Positions 22,601 to 50,548 of a DNA stretch of 64,000 nt are shown here, piece after piece; position 1 is the first letter of the stretch; each line of letters starts with the position of its first letter. The stretch comes from Chrysemys picta bellii (taxonomy: Eukaryota). Where the stretch lies: positions 30,504,001 through 30,568,000 of the forward strand of contig NC_088797.1 in the NCBI RefSeq assembly GCF_011386835.1, given 5' to 3'. Below the pieces are notes generated by a model. It searched no databases, had not been told where the DNA came from, and was given only the letters and a program-made list of their open reading frames with translations. The translations under genes were made by a program, and so were the position numbers.

Positions 22601-25600
22601 GGAGCTGTGCTAGAGGTGGGGCTCCATAGGGGATGTCTCCTCTTGCAGTCAGTTTGACTCCATCCTGGGGCCACCCTGTGCTTCAGGGAGTGGGGCAGGG
22701 AGCTCAGTTGGGGTTGCTGCCCCAACGCCCACCTACCTGTTTCGGCTTGAATTTCTTCTGGTAGCGGGGGGACACCAGCCACTGGGTGCCCATGGCCTCG
22801 GCATCGGGGGCCGCGGGCATGTCAGGACTGGCTCTCTGCAGCTGCAGGAAGGACAGGATGTTCTGCACCTCAGACTGATACGTGCTGTCTGCCATGGTCC
22901 GGCCCTTGGCTGCCAGCCGGCACCCTGCCATCCAGTGGGCATACTGCTGCTCCTGCGGAGGGGTGGGGGGGAGGGAAGAGAAAGGAAGGGAGGGGGTTAA
23001 AGGAGGGGGAGGCACTAGAGACCCCCAGCTGAGACCACCGCTGCAATGCATCTCAGTAGCCAGACCCCAGCAGTACAGAGCCTGCAGCCCCTTTCTAGAT
23101 GATAATCCCATTCACCCACCAATTCACAGCCCCTTCCCCCAGTATAGCCCCACCACAGCCCTCCCTTTATGGTGTAATCCCACTGCCCTCTCACTCCCCA
23201 CAACCCTCTTCCTACATGGTACATCCCAAATGCATCCTCCAATGTGACTCCCTAGGGTATAATCCCATGGCACCCACCCACCCCACAGTCCAATCCCACT
23301 GCTGCCCCCCAACTCACGTCCTCACAGCGCAGGTACACCTCGCTCATCCCCTCCGGAGATGGCACCAGCAGTCTGATGCAGAACTTTTGGCCTGAGATGT
23401 TGACGTCCGGTACCACCTCACAGCCTGAAATTGGGGGTGGGGGGAGTGGAATGCAGTGTATCTGGTGATTAAAATGCTTTATTGTGGCTGCAAAAACACC
23501 TCAAAATCCCATGAGGCTGGGGGACAATTTCTCGCCTCTGTGTTGACCTATGGAACTACTTGCTACAGGAGTTTTAGGGAGGCCACAGCTTTAGGGAGAT
23601 TAGATCTGGCTGTTAGTTGATGCCAGAGACCAGTGGCTGGCTGCGAATGGCAGGGGCCAGAAAAGAAAACCCCGTCCTTTTCCTTTCAGTTAACAATGGA
23701 ACTCCCTGCTACTGGAGTGCAAAGGGCCCAGGAGGTTGGAATAGAGAGGATTTGACGTTTCTCTAGGGAAAGGGATTCCCTTGCATCCTGGGTGCTGATG
23801 GCAAGAGACCCTCGTGCTGCAGGTGGAATATACATGGGGGGAATCCCGCCCAGCATCGCCTGGTGAGGGGAGCTCAGTGTTGAGGGAAGGCTTACGCTCA
23901 GTTCTCTGAAGCAGCAGGCTTTGTGCGAGCTGGGACACAGCGGGCTGGATGAGCCCATCAGTGTGATCGGGAGAGTGTGGGGGAGAAGACATGCCGGGGG
24001 AAGGGATGCCGTACTCACCCTTGAGATTGAGCTGCTGCACGGGCTCACCCAGTGCCTCCTCACGGCTCTTGTAGTAGGAGATGGAGGTCTCTTTGAACAC
24101 CACCCAGTGCTGCTTGTAGCCCTTGAGCGTCAGCTTGCGGGGCCTATGGAGGAGGGCGTCAGTGCCAAGGTGGAAGGGGCACAGTCGGGCACCCCCCAAG
24201 TATGGAAGACACACACAGTCCCCCTTGGACCCTGAGCTGTGACATGGGGCAGGTGCAAGAGGACAGCTTGGGGGATGAAGTCAGGCATGTTATTGGAACT
24301 GAGCACTATATCCCACGTTGCTCCCAGAGCAGGGGTAGAACCCAGGAATCCTGACTTCCAGCCCCTGCCCCCATAGTGAGGATGAAAGAGTCTGGGGCTC
24401 ACCTGAATATCCGGAGATAATCCTTCAGCTCAGGGATGGTGGTGAGATTTTCCTGCCAGGAGACCAAGACACAGTCACCCGCTGCTACTCCAGCCCAGCC
24501 CCCCGATGCCCCTCAATCCTGCAGCCTCCTGATATTCCAACCTAGCCCCCCCCCCCCCCCCCAGCTCTGCTGGTGCCCTTCATGCCTCCATGCCCCCCTT
24601 ACCAGCATGTCCGAGGTTGATGTCCCCCCCTCCAGCTTGACCTGGAGGTTGGACAGGGCTGAGTCCAGGTCATCCATGCCTTGCTCCCCATCTGGCTCTG
24701 TGGGGTCAGCACTCAGGGAGAGCTTGTTGATGTGATACTGGAGGGCAGGGGGAGGCAGGTTAGTTGGGGAGAAGGGAGAGGGAGATCTTCACCCCACCCA
24801 CCCAGATAGCCCCCACATGGGACTGACCCACTGGCTTGACCTGGAGGAATGGATCCTTGTTCACCCGGGTGGGAGAGCTCCAGGGGTAGTTAGCCCTGGC
24901 CCCACTTGGTGAGCTCTGGGGAAGATAGACCCCAGCCCAGCTGGGGGTGGGGGGTGGAAATATACTGGGTAGGGGTGCCCCGTTGGAGGGAGTGGAGATC
25001 CCCACTAGGTGGGAGTGCTTGGGGGACAGATGGATCCCAGTCCAGCTGGGTGGGACGGCTCCAGAGATGGTTAGTCCTGGCCCCACTGGACGAGCTCTGG
25101 GGAAGATAGATCCCCGCCTGACTGTGGGGTTGGCGGGGGTGTTCCATGGCGGGGGAAAGGATGGATCCTATCTATCTGCGGGTGCTTCATGTGAGGGGGG
25201 GGAAGGGGATGGATCCCAGCTTGACTGTTGGGGGGGATCCCTGGTAGGTGGGGCTGGATCCCAGACCAGCAGCGGGAGGTGGATCCCGGCCTAGCTGGGG
25301 GAGGGAGGGGAAGGGGGGGGTCTGGGGGTGGGTGGAGTTCCAGTACCTGCAGGGCAGCGAAGACCATCATCTCCTCCTCGGTGCTTTCAGTCTCCTCCAG
25401 CAGCACGGCCCAGCGCGCCTGCTCATACAGCTGGGTGATGCGCACCGCATCGTACTGCAGCACGGGGGACAGGAAAGGTGGGCGGGGGTTAGGGGTCAAT
25501 GGGGGAAATTAAGGGGGAGTAGCAGGGAAGGGGGTGGAACAGGGGTCTGGAGGAGAGTTGGGTCGGGGGGAGGGGGTCCTGGGCTCCAGATCCAAAAAGT

Positions 25601-28600
25601 CAGGGTAGGTTTGAGGGGGGAAGGGAGAGTCTGGGGAGAGGCAATGGAGTGTGGTAGGGGTTGAGGGTCCCCCCTTTGGCTCCCGCATGAAGTAACCAGG
25701 ACAGGCTGGCTGTGTTTGGGGAGTGAAGGATGGACCGGAGAGCCCGGGAGGAGGAGGCACAGGGAGGTCCTACCTTGGGCTCCAGGTCAAAGAAGTTGTA
25801 ATATTTGAACCGCAGCCAGAGCTGCTCGTTCTCCAGCACATCCTGCTGCATCAGTGACCGCGAGGAGCTCAGCCACCTGGAGGGGAACATGGGAATTGTC
25901 ATATTTGTAAGAACAGGCATGACTCAGTTTCCCCACCCACTTGAGATTGCCACCCACTGGGCGGGAAGGGGTTACCTTCCCATCTAGGGCAGGGGAGACG
26001 GGATGGCCGTGGGTCTCTCTAGCTTGGGGGTGGGGGAAGAATGCACCATCAAGAACTGTCCCTAGGGAGGGAACCCTGGAGTGATACCGGGACCCCCACT
26101 GGCCAGCCAAGGGAGGCTGAACATGTGTGACCCCAGCACCAGGCAGCTGGAGATCAGGGGACAGGAGGTGGCTCTAGCCTGGCCCACACTTAGCCCGGCA
26201 GAGCTCTGTGGGCTGGGGTGGGAGGGAGAGGGCAGTGTCCCCGCACAGCGTGAGCCCTCGTGCAGATGCCCTGATCCCAGCATGGAAGGGCTTTGGCCAC
26301 CGTAGCTAGAGTGTGCTTCCACCAGCCTAGCTCTCCCACGTGGGAGAAGCTGCATCCCCCAGCAGCAGTTGTGGGAAGCTCTGCCAGTCAGGCCTGGGCT
26401 AGGAACTGGGCTGACCATATAGCATTCATAAGGCAAGTCAGGGTCAGCTCTCCCCGCGCCCTGTTGCTGTAAGGACGGAAGGTCTGACCAGCGTGGGGTG
26501 CCCCCCAAGGGCTCAGCAGTGATGGTGCTCATGCAGGCAGTGCGGGAGGGAGGGTTCACTCTTGGATACTAAGGGTAACACTCCACCCTGGTCTAGGAGT
26601 GAGATCACGGACAGAAGACAGGGAAGCCTGGCAGGAGCCTAGGGAATGGGACAGGTGGCTGCTAGCATGGACTCCGGGCTGAGCCTGGCTTTCTGTGTTG
26701 AACTAAGGACCCCATGATGCTGGATCCCAGGGGACTAGAAAACGCTGGCTTGCTCTGAACAGGCTGCACTGGGTCGCTGCAGGGAACTGAACGCAGAGAA
26801 ACCGCTGGGGAGATACAGAGAGACATGGGGGGCTGGAGCCCAGGCCCCACCTAGGCGTGCTGGAGTTGCGGGCTCATCCTAACTCCATGGCCCGGCATGC
26901 CCGGGCGCCGTTAGAGGTGATGGTATAAAAGCTGGGGGTACAGAACGCCCTGGAAATCCATGACGGGACCCAGCTGTGGTGCTGCCCCCAGGCACAGGGC
27001 CAGCAGGAGCAGCTCTCTGCCCCCTCCCTGTCAGTTATCCCAGTGCCCCTCAATCCCAACCCGCAGCTCCTCTCACCGGCTGTTGATCTGGGCCTTCTCC
27101 ACGAGGTTGCTGGGCCGAGGCATCTTCAGTACATGCTCGGGGGTCAGGCCAGTCCAGCTCACTGACAGCATCCGGTAACAGGCCTCAGTGGCGGGGCTAT
27201 CCGAGAAATGGGCCGGCATCCCCCGGAATGGCTGCTGCTCTGCACCTGTGGGAAAAGTGAGGGCTTCTGCTCTGTGCACAAGGCGGGTTAGTGACGCCCA
27301 GGCAGACGCACGCCACCGGGGGCACACACAGCAGGGCAGCCTCTCACACCAGTGCTCGTGCTCACTAGTGCATGTACCCTCTGGCACAAGCACATGAGGG
27401 CACTCTCACAGGCACTCACACTAGTACACTAGCATGCACACTCACCCCAGCACTTGCAGGAGAGTGCACTCACACGCCCCTGCCCACCCCCCTCATCCGT
27501 ACTCACTGGCTGGCAGCACCACCCCGCTTAGGTCAAACTCATCCTCTGTCCCCAGCGCCGGCCCCTTCCGCTTCTTTTTGTTCTTCTCCTCAGGCGCCCG
27601 TAGCAGTGAAAGCTCCTCGGCATGCCGGATACCTGGGGGGAGAGGACACGAGGTGAGGTAGCTCCCCAGTAAGGGGGCCTTCCCCCAGCTCCCCCTCATT
27701 CCATCTGTCTGGGCCCCTGCCCCTCTCTCCCAAAAGTCCCATTCCTCCTCCCCGTGCCCACCCAGGCTTTTCTCCCTACTTTTCCTCACTCCCAACCCCT
27801 CCCCTCACCCCCTTGTACCTCCCTGCACTCCTCTCCCCGACCCCTGCTCCTTCCAGAGTACCCGGCTCCTCCCCTTACCGCTCCCTGGGTCACCTCCTCA
27901 CCCCAGACACTGGCCTGTCTATGCTCGTACTCCCCACCTGGGAAGGGGTAGACGGGGAGAAGAGCCCCAGGAGCTAGGTAGATGTGATGTCACTGATTTG
28001 TCATGACTCCCCATGCACTTTTTCTAGACTTCTTAAGCACTGCCCCCACCAGCACCTCCACAACCCCTACCCCCCTGCACCTTTGCCCTTCCCGCCTCCA
28101 AAACTCCTGCCCCTCCCTGATGCTCACCCTCAATGTCTAACCCCTGCATCCTTCTCCACCCTGGGCCCGTCTATGCCCCACCCCCTCCTGGGCACTCACT
28201 CAGCACCCGGCAGATGCCAGCCACAGCACGGAAGACGGGCTCAGAGAAGCTGGCGTGGACACGGATCATCCGACGGTTGGGCAGCTGCAGCCGCACAGGC
28301 TTGTGCTGAGGTGTGTATCGGAGACGGGCGTCTGCCTGCAGCCCGTACTTATCCAGGGTCCAGTTGGTCTTGAGCAGCCAGAGTTTCTTCTGCTCCCACC
28401 AGAGAGCGTGGTCTGACCAGTTCTGCTTCACCTCTGGGGGCAAAGCACAGTAGTTTGCACAGGGACCCCTTGTCTGGTGCTGAGATGCAGCCACCTCTGG
28501 GGTGAGGTATGGGGGTTGTTTATATAGGGACCCCTTGCCCAGCACTGAGATGCAGCCAGTGCCACCTCAGGGTGGGACGCAATAGGTAGCTCCCAGTATA

Positions 28601-29987
28601 AAGAGGATGCTGCAACCCCAGGAGCTGAACTGTGCAAACCACACACAATACAACTACAGACGTCTAAACCAGAGCCATGGTTACTGGGGCAGGGTCCTGG
28701 CTTCCCCACGCTAACCACTAGGCCCCATTCCCCTCCTGGAGTTGGAAAAGAACGCAGGTGTCCTGATTCACAGCCCACCTTTTTCTATCTCACTAACCCC
28801 CCCACCCCCGAGCCAGGAATAGAATCCCAAGCTCTGAAGGCTATTTATAGCCATAGGCTCTGGCTAGCTGACCCCTTATCAGCCTCCATCCAGGGTATGG
28901 GCCTCACAGTCTCCAGCAGCAGCAGCTACAGCTGCTATCAGGCACTGCCAGGGGAAGGTCCCCATACCACATAGACTGGCCACAGGAAGACATGGCACAG
29001 GCCCACCTTGTGTCCTGGGCAGATAAGGAGTCACTTCCTGTTGGATTGGTCCCTGGGCCCTCCTCCCATCAGGCCCCAGGCCCCTCCCTCACTGGTACCT
29101 AGGGGAGTGGGGAGATGGGGGCAGGGGGCAGACACTGTAGGGGAGTACAGGAGAGGGAGACACGTGGAGACAGACGGATGGAGACGGACGGATGGATCAC
29201 TAACACCTAAAGGACAGACAACTGGGCAGACTAGAGCCCAGCCAGGCGTTCCAGGGTTGGCCCACCCCCTGGGTAACCCCCATGCCCACAGATGGCAGGT
29301 GCTTGTCTCCCTGACACAGAGGGCAATTCTGGGGTAATCGGGGAGGCAGTGCCCCAGCCAGACCCCGATCCTGCACAGAGTAGGAGGGGAGAGACAGGAA
29401 CTGAGGGTGGAACTGGGCGATTCGGAGTTACTTCCCTGCATCAGGCCATGACTCAGCCTGCATCATGTGAGAGACTGGCAGGAACAGCAGGGATTGGGGT
29501 CTAGTGGTTAGAGCAGGGGGCTGGGAGTCAGGAGTCCTGAGTTCCATTCCCAGCTCTGGGCTGGGGGGGAGTGGGAATTTGAGGTGCCCTAGGGTAGAGG
29601 GTTGGGGAACCCCCCTCTCTGATGCTAAGATGGGTGATGCTGGGAATCTCACAGCAGGAAGTTGGTGGCTACTGGAGGGGGAAGTGCGGCAGGGAGATTT
29701 AAAGGGACAGAACATCCATGCAGGGGCTCACCCGTTGTGGGGAGAAGCGTGTAAAGTGGGGAGGGGATTTAATGGGAGAGGACACCCCTCCATGTAACCC
29801 ACAGCAGCAGGGGGACCCCATACTTACCGATCTTATCCACAATCTGCAGCATGACACCCCCAATGTGCACATCTCCGGTGACTCGCAGGGTGAGGGGCTC
29901 GGCCTCAGGCCCCAGCTCCTCCACAGCCACGTTCAGCTCCCAGGAGGAATCGATGTAATCCCCGCTCGCTGTCTTCAGCCCGGCCAT
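19694..29987 (-). CDS. FERMT3: Fermitin family member 3 (kindlin-3), 14 coding exons, 659 aa
   Basis: Exons in transcript order: 29987-29828, 28433-28200, 27632-27507, 27245-27077, 25876-25774, 25454-25347, 24737-24603, 24452-24403, 24143-24019, 23424-23318, 22952-22737, 22371-22247, 21849-21708 and 19873-19694, totalling 1980 nt. The start [18 protein letters not shown] and end [13 protein letters not shown]...KLTGGHEAL* are kindlin-3-like, and synteny with STIP1 and TRPT1 agrees. Confidence 0.97.
19945..21510 (+). mobile_element. CR1 LINE remnant with large internal deletion, in the last FERMT3 intron
   Basis: ORF1 end (RNWGTFW-like), ORF2 endonuclease (YTNAR..N.KMGELE...ITETW-like), a jump near 20830 to the distal ORF2, and a 3' end GGTCCCTTCCAGCCCTACATTTCTGTGATTTTG. 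Confidence 0.85.
21865..22235 (+). repeat. Five tandem tRNA-like SINE heads filling a FERMT3 intron
   Basis: CAGGACT(C/T)CTGG(G/T)TT at 21876, 21954, 22030, 22115 and 22199. Confidence 0.85.
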
Positions 29988-31148
29988 GGCTAGCCCTGGA
30001 ACGAGTGCAGCACAAGGGTCAGAAGGGAGACAGGATACGGGAGTTTTGTGCACACCTCTGGAAGGGGAGCAGGGTCTAGGGGGTTAGACCAGGGGGGCTG
30101 ACAGTCAGGACTCCTGGGTTCTATCCTCAACTTCAATGGTCAGTGTAACAAGGATGAGGGGGAGGCTTGTCCCTTTTTCTCTCTGTATGTCAGTGGGTCA
30201 GTAGCGCTGGGGTGGTACAAGGGGATGAAGGGGTGAGAACAACCCCACAGTTCAGCAAGGGACACATCCCACCCCTGCCCATTACACAGAGGGAGAGGAT
30301 TTGCCTTCCTCCAAAGCACAGGGGGGAGGCAGAAATAGCTGGACCACTGCTCCCATACCGCAGCACTAGGCTGGCCCAGTGTTGTGCTCGGGGGCTGCAG
30401 GGCACAGGATCCCAGGCTAGATGGGAGCCAAGGAATCCCAGTCCTGGCAGGAGTGAGGTGGTGCTGGGTGGGCCCTGGGGAGTCTGTCCTGCAAATAGCT
30501 GATCAGGCCAGAGAGCTAGCGTCAGGACTCATGAGTTCTATCCCCAACACTGGGAGGGAAGTGGGGTCTAGTGGGTTAGAGCAGGAAGGACTGAGAATCA
30601 GGACTCCTGGGCCCATTGCTGACCGGGGGAGGGGGGGGGGGAACACACCACCAATCCTTCCCAACTCATTACTTCTCACTCCCCAACAAGAGCTGGCAAC
30701 AGAACCCAAGGATCCTGACTCTCCATCCCCCAGGTTGATACACAGTCACAGTTTACCCCTGATCCCTAGCTCATAGCTGAAGGCCACAAGGGCTGATACA
30801 AATCAGCAGGTGGGTAAATGCCAGGAGCCCCAGAAGTAGAGTAGAGAGCCAGGCACCCAAAGAGTGAGGCCTGGCCCCAGGGACAGCCCCCCCACATCCT
30901 TTCAGCTACCCACGAGGAATTCTCCCATGGCTGGGTAGGAAGTGCCATGTGTCTAGCTAGATCACACCTCCATGCAGCCGGTCCCCAACCCCCACCCAAA
31001 ATGGGGTCCCCTCTTCCACTTCAGTGGAGGATTGTGCATAAGGGCACGTGGCAAACTCGTGTGGGGGGACAGATGGAGTGGGACCTGCCAAGACACTGTA
31101 AAGTGGAACCTTCCACCCCCAGCCACCACCATGCAGCCAGCCCCTTAC

Positions 31149-31330
31149 CGTTCCAGGTGTGGGCTCTCTCCGAAGCTCCCGGAGCGGTTAGCTCAACTAG
31201 CACCGATAGGGATCCAGCCTGGGCTCTGTATCCCTCCCCAGCGTGCCTGCTGTCAAATCACTCCAGCCCGTTGCTCTAGCCCAAGGCGTTTCCCTTACGT
31301 TCCCCCCCCCCCCCACTTCCTCTCAGCCCG
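31149..31330 (-). promoter_or_regulatory. FERMT3 non-coding exon with adjacent PU.1-type site
   Basis: Strong donor ACG|gtaagg at 31149/31148; GAGAGGAAGTG at 31314-31324 (minus strand). Confidence 0.55.
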
Positions 31331-32617
31331 CCCAGCAGTTTGCTCAACAGCTCCAGGGCTCTGCATTGTGTTTGCCTTGAGCAGGAAGTCCTTCGCATCA
31401 GGGCCCAATGGCAACTCAGGCACCTGCTGCGTCCCTGGGATTGCTTTAGAGTAACGCCCACACTGCTGTGGGCAGCCTGTAGGCCCTTCCTAGTTGGGAC
31501 TGTCTCTCACTTTGTAGCTGAAGCACCTAGTACCATAGGGACCCTGATCTCAGTTATGGTTTGTGTAGCACCCAGCACAACAGGTCATCCTAGCTCAACC
31601 CAGGGGGTGGCAATGCCTGGCCCCAGGGGGGGCACCCCTTTATTAATCCACAGGACAGACAGCAGCTGTTGGAACACAAAGGGAAAAGAAAGGGAGTCTC
31701 CCTATGAATTTTCCTCTGCCCCACTGAGCAGCACATAGTGAAAACACATAGGCAGTGGAATTCATGGCCACATTATTCCATTACAGGCCAAAGGTTCAGA
31801 AAGGATTTTAGTTCATTCAGGGGCTAATCAAGCAGGTGGCAAGAATGTATGAGGGGGATGAATAGGGAGCAGAACGCCAACAGGTGTTCAGTGGGGGGAG
31901 TGTGCCCTGTGAGCAGGACCCCAGGGTTACTTGAATCTTCCTCTGAAGCAGGAAGCACTGAGGGGAGAGAGGACTCTGGGCCCAGTGGACTCACTGGGCT
32001 GATCTGGTTTTGCAGTTCTTATGTTCCCACACTGCTGTTGGCCATTGGAATTTGGGGCACTGTTGAGAAGCATCCAACTGTGTTTGGAGTGCTAGGGTAC
32101 TTATCACTTCTCCTACCCTGGATCACAGGTGTCTTGCTTCCCTAATTGCCCCTAGGTCACACATTTCAGCAGAGAATGCTGCAGTCCCAACTCTTCTCTA
32201 AGCCATTAGACCCCACTCCTAAGAATGGAACCCCAGGAGTCCTGAGTCCCAATTCTGCTCCAACTGACCCCTCTCCTCCTAAACTGAAGTACAATCCTCA
32301 AGGCTTGGCTTGTCAATGTAGGACTGCACTGGCTGGCAGTTTATCAACACAACTCTGGGAGCAAAAACAACAACAAAAAGCCTTGATCAGAGTTAACACC
32401 CAGCTCCCAGCTGGGCACAGAGCTGAGTGGGCATATCTGGGCAGAAGGGGAATGGGAGTGGCTGCATGGAAAGAGGGTGCACGTCAGACACTTGAAGTTG
32501 GGGGTGGGGGAGGAGGAAGCTGATGGGACAAGCTAGAGAGGGGAAAATTTGAGCTGGGTTGCGGGATCCAAGAGGCATTTAGTTTGCACGTGCCTGTTCC
32601 TGCACCTCTCTCCTTAC

Positions 32618-32800
32618 AGGAGGGTTTAGATTTGTCCAGGCCATGGAATGATCAATGCACAGGAACAGTGCACAGCATTTTAGAGACCATTTTGGCACAT
32701 CACACTGGGATCTGAACAACTAAGCCTGCGTCACATCGCTAGTTCCTGTTCTGCGGCAGAGCCCCCTTCCTGCCTCTGTGGGTGCTGTATTTATAGCAGC
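32618..32800 (-). promoter_or_regulatory. Candidate FERMT3 TATA promoter and first exon
   Basis: TATAAATA at 32788-32795 (minus), two GGAA ETS cores at 32742-32772, and donor CCT|gtaagg at 32618/32617. Confidence 0.5.
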
Positions 32801-33662
32801 AGAAGCTCCGTTCAGGCGCAGCCTCTGGGGAAGGGGGATGGGGACGCAGCTGCTAAGGTCCCCCGGGGAAAAGGGTAGGTGCACTCTGCAGCTGGGATCA
32901 GCTGGCTGCAGAATCAGCCCACTCGCTGCACTGGGGCTACAGAGTTCTGCCTTTCTAAGGTGGGGGGAAATACACCCAGTGCCACAGCTCCCTCCGCTAG
33001 CGGGGAGAATGAGATGTAGCAATGTCCCCCCCGGCCCCATCCTCAGCCCATGTGACCCCCTGCAATGTCGTAAGTACTGCATGACAGGGGAGCGGACCCT
33101 GTAGGGCAACAGGCTGGGGCAGGGTACCCCCTAGGGGCAGCTTGACACACCCCTTGCAAAGTGAGCCCTGCTACCAGGGTGTTTGTCATCTCTCCAGGAT
33201 AGGGCCTTCATACCAACCACTATCTTCTCCCCTCAAGATAGGGATTCCAGGGAAGAAGCCAGGCATCTCACAACAGTAGAGACTTGAGCCTGTATTATCT
33301 GTTCATGAGCTTAAAGGCTACAGGCCAGGATCTCAACTGGTGTCAACATAACCGTCAGCTTGTGACACCAGCAGAGGATCCAGATCCTGCCTGTCTGGCT
33401 ACATATCGAGACATGTCAGTGAGATTCATACCAGTAAGTGAAACAGGAAGTGACAGATACAGCCACTGACAAGTGAAGCCATGTGCCTTCTAGCGCCCCC
33501 TATGGACAGCCAGCCGCCAAGCACGCTGGCTGCTAAGAGACAACTCATGCAACCTTTCTAAAGCGTACATGGACACGTCTAGGATCACAGACCTTCCCTA
33601 GTTTGTCTGGTGGGTAGGAGGGACGGACACAGACCCAGAAGCACCGTTGACTGCTTTGCTCT

Positions 33663-33668
33663 TTTATT
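33663..33668 (-). terminator. STIP1 polyadenylation signal
   Basis: AATAAA on the minus strand about 340 nt after the stop codon. Confidence 0.75.
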
Positions 33669-34009
33669 GGGAGTGCGGCATGGCAATGCAGTCTCACAGC
33701 CAGAAGAACCAGACAATGAACAGGTAAGAGCCGCCACCTCCCAGGCCTCTGCCGAGAAAGAACCGCAGAGGGGAGGGGCAGCTCAACAACGGAACAAGCT
33801 GCTTGGAAGATACAGGAACTGGAGAGAAAGTGGCTAGCTGGCCCCGCACTGGCAAGGGTGGTGTGGGCAGCAGGTCCCGTAGAGAGCGTGATACTGTACA
33901 AGTCTTTATCTCCTATTGAGATACCCTTTCCTTTTGCTTGTACTGCCAGTGTCCAATGTCCCAGCTGCCCTATGAACAGGCAAAGGGGCAGAGCAGGGTG
34001 GCGAAGTCA

Positions 34010-49449
<15,440 letters not shown>

Positions 49450-49532
49450 GGCTCCGGCTCAGGGTCCAGCTCTGTCTCCGGGACACTGCCGGTTAAGTCT
49501 TCTCCGGCCCGGCCTACCGCGTCTCACGCCGC

Positions 49533-49552
49533 CTTCTGGAACCTGCTAGAAG
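49533..49552. promoter_or_regulatory. Heat-shock element, STIP1 proximal
   Basis: TTCtgGAAccTGCtaGAA is four alternating nGAAn pentamers with one mismatch, about 90 nt from the ATG of a known HSF1 target. Confidence 0.85.
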
Positions 49553-50548
49553 CCTCCTGAGCCGCCCTCGCCGCCCCATTGGTAGGTGCACATCCGGGCC
49601 CCGCCCTCCCAACGCTATGATAGATTAGAAGATGTGTCGCTCACGGGCCGGGCCGGGCCTACTCCCCGCCTCCGCGGCAATGGAGGCGGGGATCATTGCG
49701 ATAAGCACAGTGATAGGTGGAAACAAATGTCAAGCGACAACTAGTCCCGCCTACCCCGCGTCTCATAGGTCTGGCGGCATGCCAATCAATATCACCTCGA
49801 GGAGCTCTCCTACCCGCCCTCATTTTGATTGGATGTCAGCCTTGTACCGCGCCCCCTGCTCTGCCCATCTGATTGGCCAGCATCTCCAATAGCCTCAGCA
49901 ATTCTCAAAGTCCATTGGTCTGGAGACCCCCTCAGGCTCCAAAGGACGTACCCATTGGTTAGAGACCGTTTCTGGAATTTTCCATCCTTTTCATTGGGTC
50001 TCAGGAACAAAGTGACGACATGCGAGGAGCTGCATCCTGATTGAGCGTAGCGGGTTTGCGTCATCAAGACACCATCCCTTATTGGGAGACTCCAAGAAGG
50101 GGGGAAGAGGTTCTGAATGTATAGCTTGCCTGGTTGAGCTGGAGTTCCTAAGGAGTGGTGGTGGTGGTGGTGTGTGAAATACTTGTACGTGCTTTCCACG
50201 GCCCCTAATACCGCTGGGTTTTTTTACATGTGCCTTGCACACCCTCCACTGGAGAATCTTGTTTGCATGTACCTTGCAGGCAGCCCTGAGGTGGGGGAAC
50301 AGGCTGTGTTGGCCTCCCTCCCATGTGATCAATGTGTAATTTTCACTTAAATTCTCTTGAGCTTTTGCACCCGGCCCGTATTTTACACGTGCCATGGGTG
50401 CTGTAGTGCAACTATTCCAGTCCCACTTGCCCAGAATTATTAGTCTTTGCACGAGATTCATTGTAAATGAGTAAGTGCAAAAATGTGCGTTCCAGGTTTA
50501 AAAAAGTGTCCCATGGTATGCACACAGTACAAAATTTGTACATCATGG

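Noticed and set aside
24880-25140. Direct duplication with about 181-bp period in a FERMT3 intron (similar one near 40770 and 40925)
   Set aside because: Ordinary degenerate local duplication with no splice or structural signal.
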